Origin: a virus | Virus record (IMG/VR): IMGVR_UViG_3300029365_000529 | Span: 14,196 to 78,195 of that record | Length of the DNA: 64,000 nt | Reading direction: 5' to 3' (one strand) | Part shown: positions 7,981 to 18,098 of the stretch, piece by piece | Layout of the letters: each line of letters opens with the position of its first letter | Numbering within the stretch: position 1 is the first letter of the stretch | Notes under the pieces: model-generated | Told to the model about the DNA's origin: nothing | Databases searched by the model: none | Seen by the model: only the letters and a program-made list of their open reading frames with translations | Position numbers and translations under genes: made by a program

Positions 7981-10638
7981 TTATCTCATTTTGTCTTCTC
8001 GTCTGCTTTGTACCTCTACTATACTTCCAGCAAAGGAATCAGCAGCCTTAAAGTTCTGCAGCGTATACTTGAAAGTAAAGTACTTCCAAGGCTTACCAGC
8101 CAAGCTTGGCAGCTTGCACCAGTGCTTGCAGTCGTTACTTCCGTATATCTCCAGCCCAATCGTACCTTCGTCCGAATCAAACAGATGCTTCACCGCTCTC
8201 AGCGATTTCAACGTCATGCTGCCGCCCAGTTTCAAAGGTCTGGTAGTAAATGACCCGCTATAGCTTTCCGTATCTTCGTTGATGTCTGGCTTTGACGTGA
8301 GTGAATAGACGTTTCCGTTAGTATCTTGTATCAGATTATCCGGATAGTCATTCACTACCGCCTGTGCCTCTATGCCGCTATTCACCATCGAGAAGGTCTT
8401 ATCCACCATATTATATATGTATTGGTATGATTTCCCTTTGCTGAATATTCTCAATATGGAGTCTCTGTAATCGTAGGCGATAAGGCATTCTTTCAGGAAA
8501 TCCAGGAACTTGCCTTCACCGAAGGTTGCAAAGTTTCTCGGCGCTCTTCCCCTCATCTGTTCACTTATGCAGGCTACGCTTCCACCGCTTGCCGCCATCA
8601 GTCCTTTCTTTGAAGCAAAGAACACAAGCCTGTCCGTCGGCACCAGTGGCGAATCCTCATTACATACCTCTCTTGATATTGGATAGGCTCTACTATATAG
8701 TCCTTCTGAGTTAACCGACAAGCCGTAGATACCTTCGTCCGTAAATACCATCAATGGATATTGACCGAACTGACCTTGACTTACCGCCTCCGTGTTGGCA
8801 ATAATTCCGAGTATCTTTCCGGTTCCAACCGTATTATCTCCCGATGCCTCAAATACAAATGGGTTATTGACTACTGAGGTGAAAATCTGAGAGTTCAGAT
8901 CTTCTATTTCATTTTCTATACTAGGTAAGGAAATATTATCTTCCCACCCAATAGTATTATCTGGTAGAGCCATTTTATAAGAACCATTTAATAAAGGGTG
9001 AGGCTGCAACTTACTCTTAATTCCTCTATTATTCTTAACATTATATACAATAACTTCGGTAGCATTTGGGTCAGGGTAGAAAAACCATCCGTTTAGCGTA
9101 CACTTTGGAGCCTTACCTTCTTTAGATTCTACCCAACGTGACATAGAGCCAGATTCGATATGAACATAATATTTATAAGAATCAATATCTTCACCTTTTA
9201 ATGCGCAAAAAGAGCTAAACCCTTCAAACGGACTTCTGTATACTCCGATAGCGTTTAATCTTCCATTGTATGGATACATTTTTTTAAAAACATAATGTGC
9301 CCATCCGTAATAATCATCCTTTTTTAGCTGCTCCTGCGTTTCTAATGTTGATAGAACGCCATCATCTATTTTGAGAGCCGAGCTTATCCCATCTACATCT
9401 TCCGACATCACGTTAAGTTGCGATATTTTATAGAACACAGTATCTTTCTTTAATTCTTCTGCTATTTTATCCTTCTTTTTTAAACTAGGTATGATTCGCA
9501 TACTTGGCTCATCCGTATAACCATCTCTGCTATATTTATGTTCAGTATAATTGTCAGGTCCAACATCATCATTCCATGTCATTCCATAAACCTCATCAAG
9601 GTACCCGAATTTCCAACCTTTTTCTAATTTATAAGGCATTACACCCTTTGTGGCAAAAAAAACGATTTCTTTTACAATATCAACCCAGTCTTCTTTTTGG
9701 GGTATTGATACAGCCGCTGTTAGACTTGATCCATACAAGGTAAAGTAAGCTGTTGTGTTTCCAATATGCGAATGATGGTTTCCTGTAACACATGGGTAAC
9801 AAATCACCGGATTTGAAATCCTGGCATAAGTCCCATCAAAGAGACGTAAGGCATACCTTGCATAAAAAGGAAAGCAGAAAAGATTTTTTTCTTTTGCTTT
9901 ATTTATAATAGATGATACATGACCAACAACAGCATCTTGAAATAAGTTTTCGTTGTTATCATTATCGTTTGTTATAGCATAAGCTTCGTAGTCTTCTTCT
10001 TTGACAGGAGTATTGTCATTTATCGTAACCGTTTGCTCTCCGAAATCACCACTATTCTTTATATATATCAACTTATGTATTTTACATACATTTCCAAAGT
10101 CGTCATAGCTTACTTTAAGTGTTTTGTGATTAACAAAACCTTTATATCTGATAGGTGTATCTGCTTCAATAGGCGTACTTGGTGATAGAGAAAACACCAC
10201 ATTAGGTGTAGGAATCTCTGTACCTAAATCTTTATACTTTCCACCTTTAAATAGCAGATAATGCAAGCCTTCATTTGTTGCAACAGCAAGTGTATTGCCT
10301 ATACTTTTTACGTCATAAACGGTTCCTACATTGAAACTTTTCGTTACTCCATCTGGTGGGCTTACAATATTTCCACTATCATCTTTGGTATACCAGTATA
10401 TATTCGTCGTACCATCATAGGCAATGATATTCTCATAGTCTGCCATCTTGTGAACGTACATTATCTTATAAGGAACGTTGCCAATACTCACCCCTTTCTG
10501 TACCGCCTTCATTTCTCCATCCTTAAAGATAAATCCGTCACTCTCCAGCAGTTCAGAATCATCTGAAAGCAAGTCGCTAGGCACATTCGTCATGCCCTTG
10601 CTAAAACTCAAAGTTTGTCTTTCTAAGTTTCTTTCCAT
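7981..10638 (-). CDS. large virion-associated protein (885 aa), function unknown, possibly tail or receptor-binding
   Basis: Long ORF immediately downstream of the large terminase; beta-rich composition and no catalytic motif recognised. Confidence 0.55.
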   Translation of the reverse strand: MERNLERQTLSFSKGMTNVPSDLLSDDSELLESDGFIFKDGEMKAVQKGVSIGNVPYKIMYVHKMADYENIIAYDGTTNIYWYTKDDSGNIVSPPDGVTKSFNVGTVYDVKSIGNTLAVATNEGLHYLLFKGGKYKDLGTEIPTPNVVFSLSPSTPIEADTPIRYKGFVNHKTLKVSYDDFGNVCKIHKLIYIKNSGDFGEQTVTINDNTPVKEEDYEAYAITNDNDNNENLFQDAVVGHVSSIINKAKEKNLFCFPFYARYALRLFDGTYARISNPVICYPCVTGNHHSHIGNTTAYFTLYGSSLTAAVSIPQKEDWVDIVKEIVFFATKGVMPYKLEKGWKFGYLDEVYGMTWNDDVGPDNYTEHKYSRDGYTDEPSMRIIPSLKKKDKIAEELKKDTVFYKISQLNVMSEDVDGISSALKIDDGVLSTLETQEQLKKDDYYGWAHYVFKKMYPYNGRLNAIGVYRSPFEGFSSFCALKGEDIDSYKYYVHIESGSMSRWVESKEGKAPKCTLNGWFFYPDPNATEVIVYNVKNNRGIKSKLQPHPLLNGSYKMALPDNTIGWEDNISLPSIENEIEDLNSQIFTSVVNNPFVFEASGDNTVGTGKILGIIANTEAVSQGQFGQYPLMVFTDEGIYGLSVNSEGLYSRAYPISREVCNEDSPLVPTDRLVFFASKKGLMAASGGSVACISEQMRGRAPRNFATFGEGKFLDFLKECLIAYDYRDSILRIFSKGKSYQYIYNMVDKTFSMVNSGIEAQAVVNDYPDNLIQDTNGNVYSLTSKPDINEDTESYSGSFTTRPLKLGGSMTLKSLRAVKHLFDSDEGTIGLEIYGSNDCKHWCKLPSLAGKPWKYFTFKYTLQNFKAADSFAGSIVEVQSRREDKMR

Positions 10639-10662
10639 AATAATTCAACATTTAACATTGAC

Positions 10663-12780
10663 TTAAATTTTCGCCGCCGTATGAACACCATCACCACCAC
10701 GGCTTCTTCTTTCCGCTTTCTTCCAGCTAGGTTTCTCCATGTCCGTAAGACTAACAAAGAGACCGATGCCGGTACTCATTACCACATCATCATGGTTTCC
10801 GTTACCCACGATGTTACCCAAGCTGCCATCATCATGTCGCTCATAGATTCGCAACTCATGATACATTTCCTTGTCTGGCTCCTCATACAGATTATCATCA
10901 ATAAACTCTTCCAAGTTATCAATCACCTGTTGCTTCGTCAGCTTGTTGGTTTGGAAACCATACTTCGCCAGTACGTTGTCTTCCACATTCTCCGAACTGC
11001 TTGTTCTCTGATACAGATTATCGTAGTAATCGGCTATCTCCTGTAGAATAGTCAGAAAGTGATCACCCTCCGTGTTGTTGTTCTTCTCTCGGTCGGCAGT
11101 ATTACTCTCTATCACCAGCAGCGCATCATCATAATAATGAGCTAGGGCAGCAGCCATCCATGCCAGTTTATCATGTCTAACATGTCCTCTGTATCTCGCT
11201 ACCACCTTTGGCTTGCCCTTCACCGTAGGAATCATACCGAATCGGTCTATAACGGTCATAACGGTATAGTCCGATGTCGTACTCTTACCGCCAATATCCA
11301 CGCTCACCAAATATCTGTTCTCCACTTGCAGACAGTTTGGCACAGCCCAAATCTTCAGGTCTCCCTCTCCATCGTCTCTCAGCTTCACCTTCGAGTTCGG
11401 AATGGTGTTATCATCCTTCACGCTGATGTTCACTACGATGTCGGCAGTAAACTTAGGGTCTTGCTTATACAAAGCCTGCATGTCGTCTATAGAATAAGGA
11501 TTGAATACCAGTCTACCAGAGTTTCTGAACGCATCTTCCTCATCAATAGGAGCCTCGGTTGCACATGCTGCATGGGTGGTAAACTTGTTTCTGTAGTTTC
11601 TGTACCATTCTATCGCCTCAAAGCAAGCACCCTTCTGCCACATTCGCCAGAAGAACTTTCCTGTCTCACGATAACCCTTCGGACAGGTACTTCGGTCTCT
11701 GTTCTGCAAAAGCCACTTGGCAAATGCTCTTCTGTTCTCTACAGGAGTCATATCCTTTTCGATGAAGAAACAAGGAATAAAGAGGAACGAATAAGCATCA
11801 TTATTCTTTGGGTCCATTGCCAACTGGCACTTGTCGTAGAAGAAACCAGAGTTACCTCTACCGGTACTTTCGAATATCTCCACGTTGTCTTCCAATGGGT
11901 CGATACCACCGGATATAGAAGAAATCACACCCTCAGGATCATGCTCTGGTGTCTTCTTCCAATAGGCTACCTCCGAATAGTGGGCGCAGTGGAAGTTGCT
12001 ACCACGCACAGAATCGAAGTTCTCGAAGGATGCTACCGTCAGCGTACTTCGTCTGATTGCCTTCACACCATCCGTTACTTGAAAATCGTCGGGAGAATTT
12101 TCGTATGGCGAGAACTGAAGTTTTGCGCCCGGATGCCCCACGGTCCACCCCGGCTGCCGCTCCAAAGCTTTTCGGTACATCGCCTTAATCTTCTTGGCGG
12201 TATTCTTCTGTTGGGCAAGCACAATAGCATTCCAACCATCGCGCCTATAGTCCTGAATCCATTTGATGTAAAGCTGTGATAGGGTAGAGCCGCCCCACTG
12301 ACGTGCTTTCAGAATAACCACAAACACCGGTTTATGGGCATTCCGCAGGTCCTCCATAATCTTCAGTAGCTTTCTTTGAGGATAGTTCAGCTTGAAAGAA
12401 ATCATCTTACCGGTCTTCTTATCCTCAATCTTATCGGTCACGTATAGGGCAAACTCGGGGTCTTCCATGAACCTCACTCTACAGATGGCAAAGGTAAGCA
12501 TTTGGAAATGCTGGGCATCATCCTTCTGGTGCACCACATAGTTGATGTAGTCTTTTAGACTGCCCATCTTTCTCAGACCTCTGAACAGAACAGATTTTGC
12601 AGTCTTCTTCGGAACCCACATCTTAGGAATGAAGAAATCGGATAGTTCTATCAGCACACGATGCTCAAAGTTATAGCATCCTTCGCCCGTCATAGGGTCG
12701 TAGGTGCCATAAATCTCATCGTATCGCTTCTGGTTTTCCGCTACGAGATTTTCTATTTCCTGTTCAGTTACTAGAGCCAT
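10663..12780 (-). CDS. terminase large subunit
   Basis: Walker A of the terminase type VVILKARQWGGST (KxRQxGxS/T); C-terminal nuclease-like LVSVDIGG...HDD; 705 aa. Confidence 0.85.
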   Translation of the reverse strand: MALVTEQEIENLVAENQKRYDEIYGTYDPMTGEGCYNFEHRVLIELSDFFIPKMWVPKKTAKSVLFRGLRKMGSLKDYINYVVHQKDDAQHFQMLTFAICRVRFMEDPEFALYVTDKIEDKKTGKMISFKLNYPQRKLLKIMEDLRNAHKPVFVVILKARQWGGSTLSQLYIKWIQDYRRDGWNAIVLAQQKNTAKKIKAMYRKALERQPGWTVGHPGAKLQFSPYENSPDDFQVTDGVKAIRRSTLTVASFENFDSVRGSNFHCAHYSEVAYWKKTPEHDPEGVISSISGGIDPLEDNVEIFESTGRGNSGFFYDKCQLAMDPKNNDAYSFLFIPCFFIEKDMTPVENRRAFAKWLLQNRDRSTCPKGYRETGKFFWRMWQKGACFEAIEWYRNYRNKFTTHAACATEAPIDEEDAFRNSGRLVFNPYSIDDMQALYKQDPKFTADIVVNISVKDDNTIPNSKVKLRDDGEGDLKIWAVPNCLQVENRYLVSVDIGGKSTTSDYTVMTVIDRFGMIPTVKGKPKVVARYRGHVRHDKLAWMAAALAHYYDDALLVIESNTADREKNNNTEGDHFLTILQEIADYYDNLYQRTSSSENVEDNVLAKYGFQTNKLTKQQVIDNLEEFIDDNLYEEPDKEMYHELRIYERHDDGSLGNIVGNGNHDDVVMSTGIGLFVSLTDMEKPSWKKAERRSRGGDGVHTAAKI

Positions 12781-13177
12781 CCGTCAAATCGTTTAGTTCC
12801 TCAAAATCTGCATCCTGTATCTCGGGTGCTTTGCTTATATCCAGCACGTCTGCCTCGTCTTCGTCTTCTACGGTTGTCATACCGAGTGCCATGAGCTGCT
12901 TGAAGTCTGCATCTATTCCGTGGGTAACGCTTACTTCTGTCTGCTTTGGTATCATGTGCTTGGTAAGGTCTTTGTAGATGGTGACGTATGTCTTAGGATC
13001 ACACTCTGCCAGTTGGTTCATACAATCCTCAAACTGCTCTTGGCTCCTTGCCAGCCAGTCTCTAATATATTCCTTTTGGGCACTCTTTCTTGCAGGGAGA
13101 AGTTTCTTCACCTTCTCCTTCTTCTCTTTCTGTATCTCCCTTACAGACTTAAATCCATCCATTTCAAAATCTTCCAT
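12764..13177 (-). CDS. possible terminase small subunit (137 aa)
   Basis: Position only: directly upstream of and overlapping the large terminase start. Charged, with an acidic tail. Confidence 0.3.
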   Translation of the reverse strand: MEDFEMDGFKSVREIQKEKKEKVKKLLPARKSAQKEYIRDWLARSQEQFEDCMNQLAECDPKTYVTIYKDLTKHMIPKQTEVSVTHGIDADFKQLMALGMTTVEDEDEADVLDISKAPEIQDADFEELNDLTDGSSN

Positions 13178-13192
13178 ACGCTCGCTTTTTTA

Positions 13193-13801
13193 TTATCCGA
13201 AGGGTTTCAGAGTATGAATCATGCTGCCCGGCTTGGTTGAGTTGGCGCAGTCTATGATGTCTATCTCCAGTTCGTCCAGTTGGTTCATCTGGTCTATCGT
13301 CAGAGGGTCCTTGCTCGTCAATGTGCGCATAAAGTATTCGTATAGCGCACCGGTCACGATATAGTCGTGTATCAGCTTGACGAGTGCATCATATTTGGTA
13401 TCATCCCAGTAGTCTGGAAATTTCAGCCATATCTCCTTCTCATCCCATTCTCTCAGGGCATTATCTCTAACCCTTCCTTCCGGTTTCATTACATAGGCTG
13501 ACAGATTCGCTTCCACCTTATTAATATACTTGTCAAACCATCGGTAGAAGAGTGGACGTTCCTGATCGTTCTCGCTTGTCGGAATGTCTTCACCTTGCGC
13601 ATCCTTCATGTTCCGTCTTGCTCGTCCTACCATGTTGGTGTTTGAATCTATGTCATACCAGAGCTGAGTGGCATAGATAAAGATGTGTTTATCCCAATAG
13701 CCGTGCCCTGCTCTTCGTGGCTTCGGCAAGAAAGGATTTGGCTCGGGCTTCCATCCTCTCTCTCGGATAAAATGTGTCGGGTGTAATTTATTAAACTCCA
13801 T
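13193..13801 (-). CDS. hypothetical structural-module protein (202 aa)
   Basis: ORF in the portal-terminase operon. Confidence 0.5.
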   Translation of the reverse strand: MEFNKLHPTHFIRERGWKPEPNPFLPKPRRAGHGYWDKHIFIYATQLWYDIDSNTNMVGRARRNMKDAQGEDIPTSENDQERPLFYRWFDKYINKVEANLSAYVMKPEGRVRDNALREWDEKEIWLKFPDYWDDTKYDALVKLIHDYIVTGALYEYFMRTLTSKDPLTIDQMNQLDELEIDIIDCANSTKPGSMIHTLKPFG

Positions 13802-13802
13802 C

Positions 13803-14594
13803 TTATACCTCCTTTGCTACGGTTGCTTCTACTTCCACTTCCAGTTTATCGCTGTGTCTGGAGAATAGAGTGATGGTTGCTACACCTGTATTGATAGGCT
13901 TCAGCCAGAAAGCATGTGGCTCCTGACTTCTGTGTACTTCCAGTATACTAGGGTCACTGCTTCTTGCCTCAATATCATCAATGGTTCCATCGTCAATAGA
14001 GTAGGATAGGGTAACTTCCATATCGTCAATACGTATGGTTACTGCTCCGTCCTCTTCGCTTCCGTCCACCTTGGCGGTCAGATGTTGGGTGTATGGAATA
14101 GTAGGAACTGCCGGACCACTCAGAACGAAACATCTGCGAATATTCTGTTCGTCAAATGTCAATGACTGCAAGTAAGGTTCAGCCTGTTTAAGGTTGGTAG
14201 TTTTTAACCACCACTGGTATATCATATAGTCCTCTACATACTTTGCTACCAATCTTGCCAGAGTGTCAGAGAGTGTTCCGTTGCATCTGCGTGATACGAC
14301 AATAACAAACTCTACTATATCATCATCCTTGTCATTGTAGTATATAACGTTATCGCCTGATGTCTGAGCGTTTGGAGCCAGATAGTCCGCAAGTATAACC
14401 TTTGTTATCTCCAATGCTGATTGAAAATCGTGCGTCAACGTATTTTCGTGCACAGCCTCGTCGCCAGCTGCTTCATTAAAACTCATCTTGATGGCTCTAT
14501 CATCTGTAGCACCATCTATCTTAGCCTTTAGGTAGGTTGCCCTCTTAACCTCGTCAACTACTACCGATTTGATAATTTGAAATTTTAATATCAT
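13803..14594 (-). CDS. protein with C-terminal Ig-like (Big_2-type) domain, possible capsid decoration protein
   Basis: C-terminal SSDPSILEVHRSQ...INTGVATITLFSRHSDKLEVEVEATV resembles the Big_2 consensus. Confidence 0.45.
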   Translation of the reverse strand: MILKFQIIKSVVVDEVKRATYLKAKIDGATDDRAIKMSFNEAAGDEAVHENTLTHDFQSALEITKVILADYLAPNAQTSGDNVIYYNDKDDDIVEFVIVVSRRCNGTLSDTLARLVAKYVEDYMIYQWWLKTTNLKQAEPYLQSLTFDEQNIRRCFVLSGPAVPTIPYTQHLTAKVDGSEEDGAVTIRIDDMEVTLSYSIDDGTIDDIEARSSDPSILEVHRSQEPHAFWLKPINTGVATITLFSRHSDKLEVEVEATVAKEV

Positions 14595-14602
14595 ATCTTT
14601 CC

Positions 14603-15118
14603 TTATTTAATAGTTTCTAACTGTGGGTCACTCTCCATGGATCCTGTCATATCTTTCAGTGTTTTATCTCCAGCCGAAGGAGCCTCTTTGTTAAATACCA
14701 GTTTTATTGCAGATTTCAAAAGCATATCTGCTTCATCCGAATAAACTTTTGCTTGCTCTGTACTGCTCAAAGTTAGCACCATGTAGGCTGTGTACGCCCT
14801 TACATATCCCATAAAGCAACTTTCGAAAGCATCCTTGTGACCTTCGTTCAGTCGAGTCACATTGAAAGTTACTGATGCGGGAAGTGAAGAGTCCAAATAG
14901 CTTTTTACTACTGGTGCCATTTCGCCAGCAAAACTACGAACCGCTGATTCGATGTATTGCCTTATCACTATTTTCTCTACAGATGATAGGGTCGTGCTTC
15001 CAAAAAGAGAAACACCATCCTTGTCTTTCAGTCTCTTTGCGATAACTGAAACCTGCTTCGTCACATCACTTTCGATGGACTCCATGCTGATTGTTATTAA
15101 TTTCGTTTCTTCTGCCAT
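14603..15118 (-). CDS. hypothetical structural-module protein (171 aa)
   Basis: ORF immediately downstream of the portal gene. Confidence 0.5.
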   Translation of the reverse strand: MAEETKLITISMESIESDVTKQVSVIAKRLKDKDGVSLFGSTTLSSVEKIVIRQYIESAVRSFAGEMAPVVKSYLDSSLPASVTFNVTRLNEGHKDAFESCFMGYVRAYTAYMVLTLSSTEQAKVYSDEADMLLKSAIKLVFNKEAPSAGDKTLKDMTGSMESDPQLETIK

Positions 15119-15121
15119 ACC

Positions 15122-17155
15122 TTATGCTGCTCTGTTATATCCTAATACACTCTGTGCCTGTGCTACCGCATTCTGGTCTGCACCCTGCACAATTCCGTTT
15201 TCTACCTGACCGCCACCTTGCTGCTGAGCCATTGCCTGTTGCTGCTGATACATCTGTTCGAGCTGAGCCTGCTGCTCCTGTACGCTGGCAAGCAACTTGT
15301 CTGCAAATGGTGCGTTGAGGTTCTGCAGATACTGGATGATGTTGATACCGCCCATTTCAAGAAGCTTGTCAAGCGTATCGTTCTGCATCGTGTTGAAGGC
15401 TGCTGTAGCTGCTGCATTCTTGATGCTGATCTTGAAGTGAATATCTCTTGCCGAAAGGCGGTCGTACTTGTAAACCGTATTGAAATTCCGGTCGTAAACC
15501 CTTCTTCCGTCTTCGTAGTACTGCTGTATAGTCATGCACTTCTTGGTTGCCAGCTTCTCCGTAAACACGTCCATGTCGGCAAGGATGGTATACAGAGATG
15601 TGGTTGCATTCTGGCTTTCCTGTGCATATCTGGCTGCCGAAGTTCCTGCCGATGGGGTCTTACCCTGCAAAGCTCCGCTCACGTTGGTAACCTCTCGAAT
15701 CAGGTTCAGCTCTATCTGCAAGAGTTCATTCGTACCAATGTTCACGGCATTCGATGTAATAATTTCTGGCTTTGCATTCGGTGTCTTTACCGATGGCTTG
15801 TAGAATATCCATCCGTCATACTCTACCGCCTCTTCCATAAACAGCTCCGGTGTTCTGCCGTTAAGCACATTTGTAGGAATCATCTTGAATCCCTTGAAAC
15901 TGCTTCTGATGGCCATGTCGTTCATAACAATCAGTCGGTTGATGTATCGCTGCTGGTCTATGATATTGGCAAGGAATGGATGAATCTCTCCGTTGATATA
16001 CGGATAGAGCTTCATCGTGAAAGGATGGCTCTTATAATCGTATGGTGTTTCGCCCTGACAGAGGATAGTTCCGTCTGGCGCCATGTAGGTATAATACCAG
16101 TACTTATCTGCAATCTCTTCGCTAGTGATGTACGCTCTGTCTTCTTCCGCTATACCCATTTCGTCATACTGCTGCTTGCGCTTCATATTGTCGTTGCGCA
16201 GCTTCTGTATCATCGCAGTATCATCCAAATCTATGCGGAAGTAAGCACCGGTTCCTGTGGTCGCAATCGGGTCAAAGCATTGCAGTCTTGGCTTGGTTTC
16301 CGTGGTCCACACCTCAATCACTCTAGAGTAATGTCTTCCCTTGTTGGTATGGTCAAAACTGAGATTCTCCAACGCCTTCTCTTCGTTAAACTCATAGCCG
16401 TAGCTGTTATCGTCCGAAGGATAAATATCAAAGATGGCGTTCAGATCTTCTTCTGTAAGCCCATATTCCTGTTTGGCAAACTTCTGATACAAGTCTTCTC
16501 GGCTCACGTCATGCAGAACACCGATAAGACTCACGTCATTGTGTCGTGGGTCGCTGCCGCATTCAAAAAACATGTGGTCGGGTTCCATCGCATCTGTCCA
16601 TGAGTCGGTCATTTCAAGTTCCTTCGCCTCCCAACTCTCTCTGACAAACATCTGACCGCCCATAAGATAGTCCTTAATAGCGTGGTTCAGCACATCTTGC
16701 ATGTACGTTGTCTGCCAGTTGCATTGCATCGTGGCACTCATCATGTCGCTCAGTTGTCGGGAGTCGCTGTCTCTTGCAAAGCAGACTGGTTCCGTTCCCT
16801 GCTTGGCATAAAGACCGGCAATAGATTCCAGTATGCTCACCATGATATTGTTGCTCATAGGTGTCTGGTTGCGCTTCTCCATATAGGTGCGCTCCGTCAT
16901 TTCCTCCCAGTAACCATGATGGTACACTCTGATGGTGTCGCTCCATTGGTCGCCCATACAGTAGCGCATCGTTCTCGCCCTCGTTTCTCGCACACCGCTC
17001 AGGTTATTCCAAGCATTTCTGCATCGGCTGAGTAACTCCTCGTCCTTGCCGTGTTCTTGTCTTCGCTTGCGAGCCTTAACCGAGTCATACTTGTTATGTT
17101 GAGGCATCACTTTGCTAAGTGTCAGTATTCTTGCCTTTACCATTTTTTTATACAT
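15122..17155 (-). CDS. putative portal protein
   Basis: 677 aa, first gene of the operon containing the terminase; Q-rich flexible C-terminus. Assignment rests on size and context rather than a unique motif. Confidence 0.55.
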   Translation of the reverse strand: MYKKMVKARILTLSKVMPQHNKYDSVKARKRRQEHGKDEELLSRCRNAWNNLSGVRETRARTMRYCMGDQWSDTIRVYHHGYWEEMTERTYMEKRNQTPMSNNIMVSILESIAGLYAKQGTEPVCFARDSDSRQLSDMMSATMQCNWQTTYMQDVLNHAIKDYLMGGQMFVRESWEAKELEMTDSWTDAMEPDHMFFECGSDPRHNDVSLIGVLHDVSREDLYQKFAKQEYGLTEEDLNAIFDIYPSDDNSYGYEFNEEKALENLSFDHTNKGRHYSRVIEVWTTETKPRLQCFDPIATTGTGAYFRIDLDDTAMIQKLRNDNMKRKQQYDEMGIAEEDRAYITSEEIADKYWYYTYMAPDGTILCQGETPYDYKSHPFTMKLYPYINGEIHPFLANIIDQQRYINRLIVMNDMAIRSSFKGFKMIPTNVLNGRTPELFMEEAVEYDGWIFYKPSVKTPNAKPEIITSNAVNIGTNELLQIELNLIREVTNVSGALQGKTPSAGTSAARYAQESQNATTSLYTILADMDVFTEKLATKKCMTIQQYYEDGRRVYDRNFNTVYKYDRLSARDIHFKISIKNAAATAAFNTMQNDTLDKLLEMGGINIIQYLQNLNAPFADKLLASVQEQQAQLEQMYQQQQAMAQQQGGGQVENGIVQGADQNAVAQAQSVLGYNRAA

Positions 17156-17170
17156 TATTAATTATAGGCG

Positions 17171-17247
17171 CAAAAATAGGCAAAAACATGGCTTTCTTTG
17201 CCGTGTTCCAACCAACCATCAGGCGCAAGGTTGGAGCACGGCAAAAC
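17171..17247. promoter_or_regulatory. divergent late promoter region with inverted copies of the conserved late motif
   Basis: TTTGCCGTGTTCCAACC at 17197-17213 and its inverted partner GGTTGGAGCACGGCAAAAC at 17229-17247 (one mismatch) form a hairpin-capable inverted repeat. Each copy faces one of the divergent operons; a -7 box TATTTTTG (minus-strand reading) lies at 17171-17178. Confidence 0.5.
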
Positions 17248-17298
17248 TTCTTCAATTTATTTGCATTTTTGCCGAAAAGTTTCAAACAGTATAGAGAT

Positions 17299-18087
17299 AT
17301 GACAAAAGAAGAATTAGCACAGATGAATGAGGAAGGTGGCACACAACAGGCTCCACCTGCTGAGGCTACTGCAGATGAAACGCCTGTAGATGAGCGCCCT
17401 AATCGTACAGCTTTCTCCAAGCGTTTCTCCAATCGTCACTCCGACATCGACTTCGAAGACAAGGAAGCTCGTTATGCGGCAATGAATGATGATGCTGATT
17501 TGCTCGGGCAGTACGAACAGAGCGGTAAGGCATTGTCTAAAGTATTCGATAAGCACAAGTGGCTCGCTGCTCTGGCGATGGATATGGAGAAGAATTCTGA
17601 CGACAATCCTTTTGATGCGATGGCTCGCTTGGGTATTGATGTAAAGACGTTGATTGATGATCCTGAAGGCGGCAAGAAACTCGCTGAGATTCTCGCCAAG
17701 CATAACAAGGACGTGGCTGAACAGAACGAGGCTGCCGAGAAGGTTAATGCCAATATGCGCAAGTCGCTTGAACGCCTGATGGAGCTCTATCCCGATGATG
17801 CGCAGGATATGTGGTCCCAGATTTACGAGATTCACGACAAGGTAGAGAGTGGCGATATTTCAGATGATATTTGGAAGATGCTCCACAATGCCAACAACTA
17901 TGATTCCGACATCACTTCGGCGCGCGACGAGGCTGCTATGCAAGCCCGCAACGAAAAGATTCAGAATAAGGTTCGCTCTTCTAGCACGGAAGGCATTCCT
18001 CCTTCTCTTTCTAGTTCGGGTGCAGGAAACAAACCGGCAAAGAAACAGAAACGTGAAAGTTTCTTTGATGATATTAGAAGTAATTAA
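17299..18087 (+). CDS. putative scaffolding protein
   Basis: Internal Met (MTKEELAQMNEEGG) of track ORF 17119-18087; acidic and helical, directly precedes the putative capsid gene. Confidence 0.4.
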   Translation: MTKEELAQMNEEGGTQQAPPAEATADETPVDERPNRTAFSKRFSNRHSDIDFEDKEARYAAMNDDADLLGQYEQSGKALSKVFDKHKWLAALAMDMEKNSDDNPFDAMARLGIDVKTLIDDPEGGKKLAEILAKHNKDVAEQNEAAEKVNANMRKSLERLMELYPDDAQDMWSQIYEIHDKVESGDISDDIWKMLHNANNYDSDITSARDEAAMQARNEKIQNKVRSSSTEGIPPSLSSSGAGNKPAKKQKRESFFDDIRSN

Positions 18088-18098
18088 TCCATAAATAT

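Noticed and set aside
15218-16603. 461-aa + strand ORF antisense to the portal gene, and 368-aa + ORF 11173-12279 antisense to the terminase
   Set aside because: Long by chance because the sense strand is a real gene with few stop-prone codons; Leu/His/Cys-rich compositions with no motifs. The sense ORFs carry the portal-like and terminase Walker A features.
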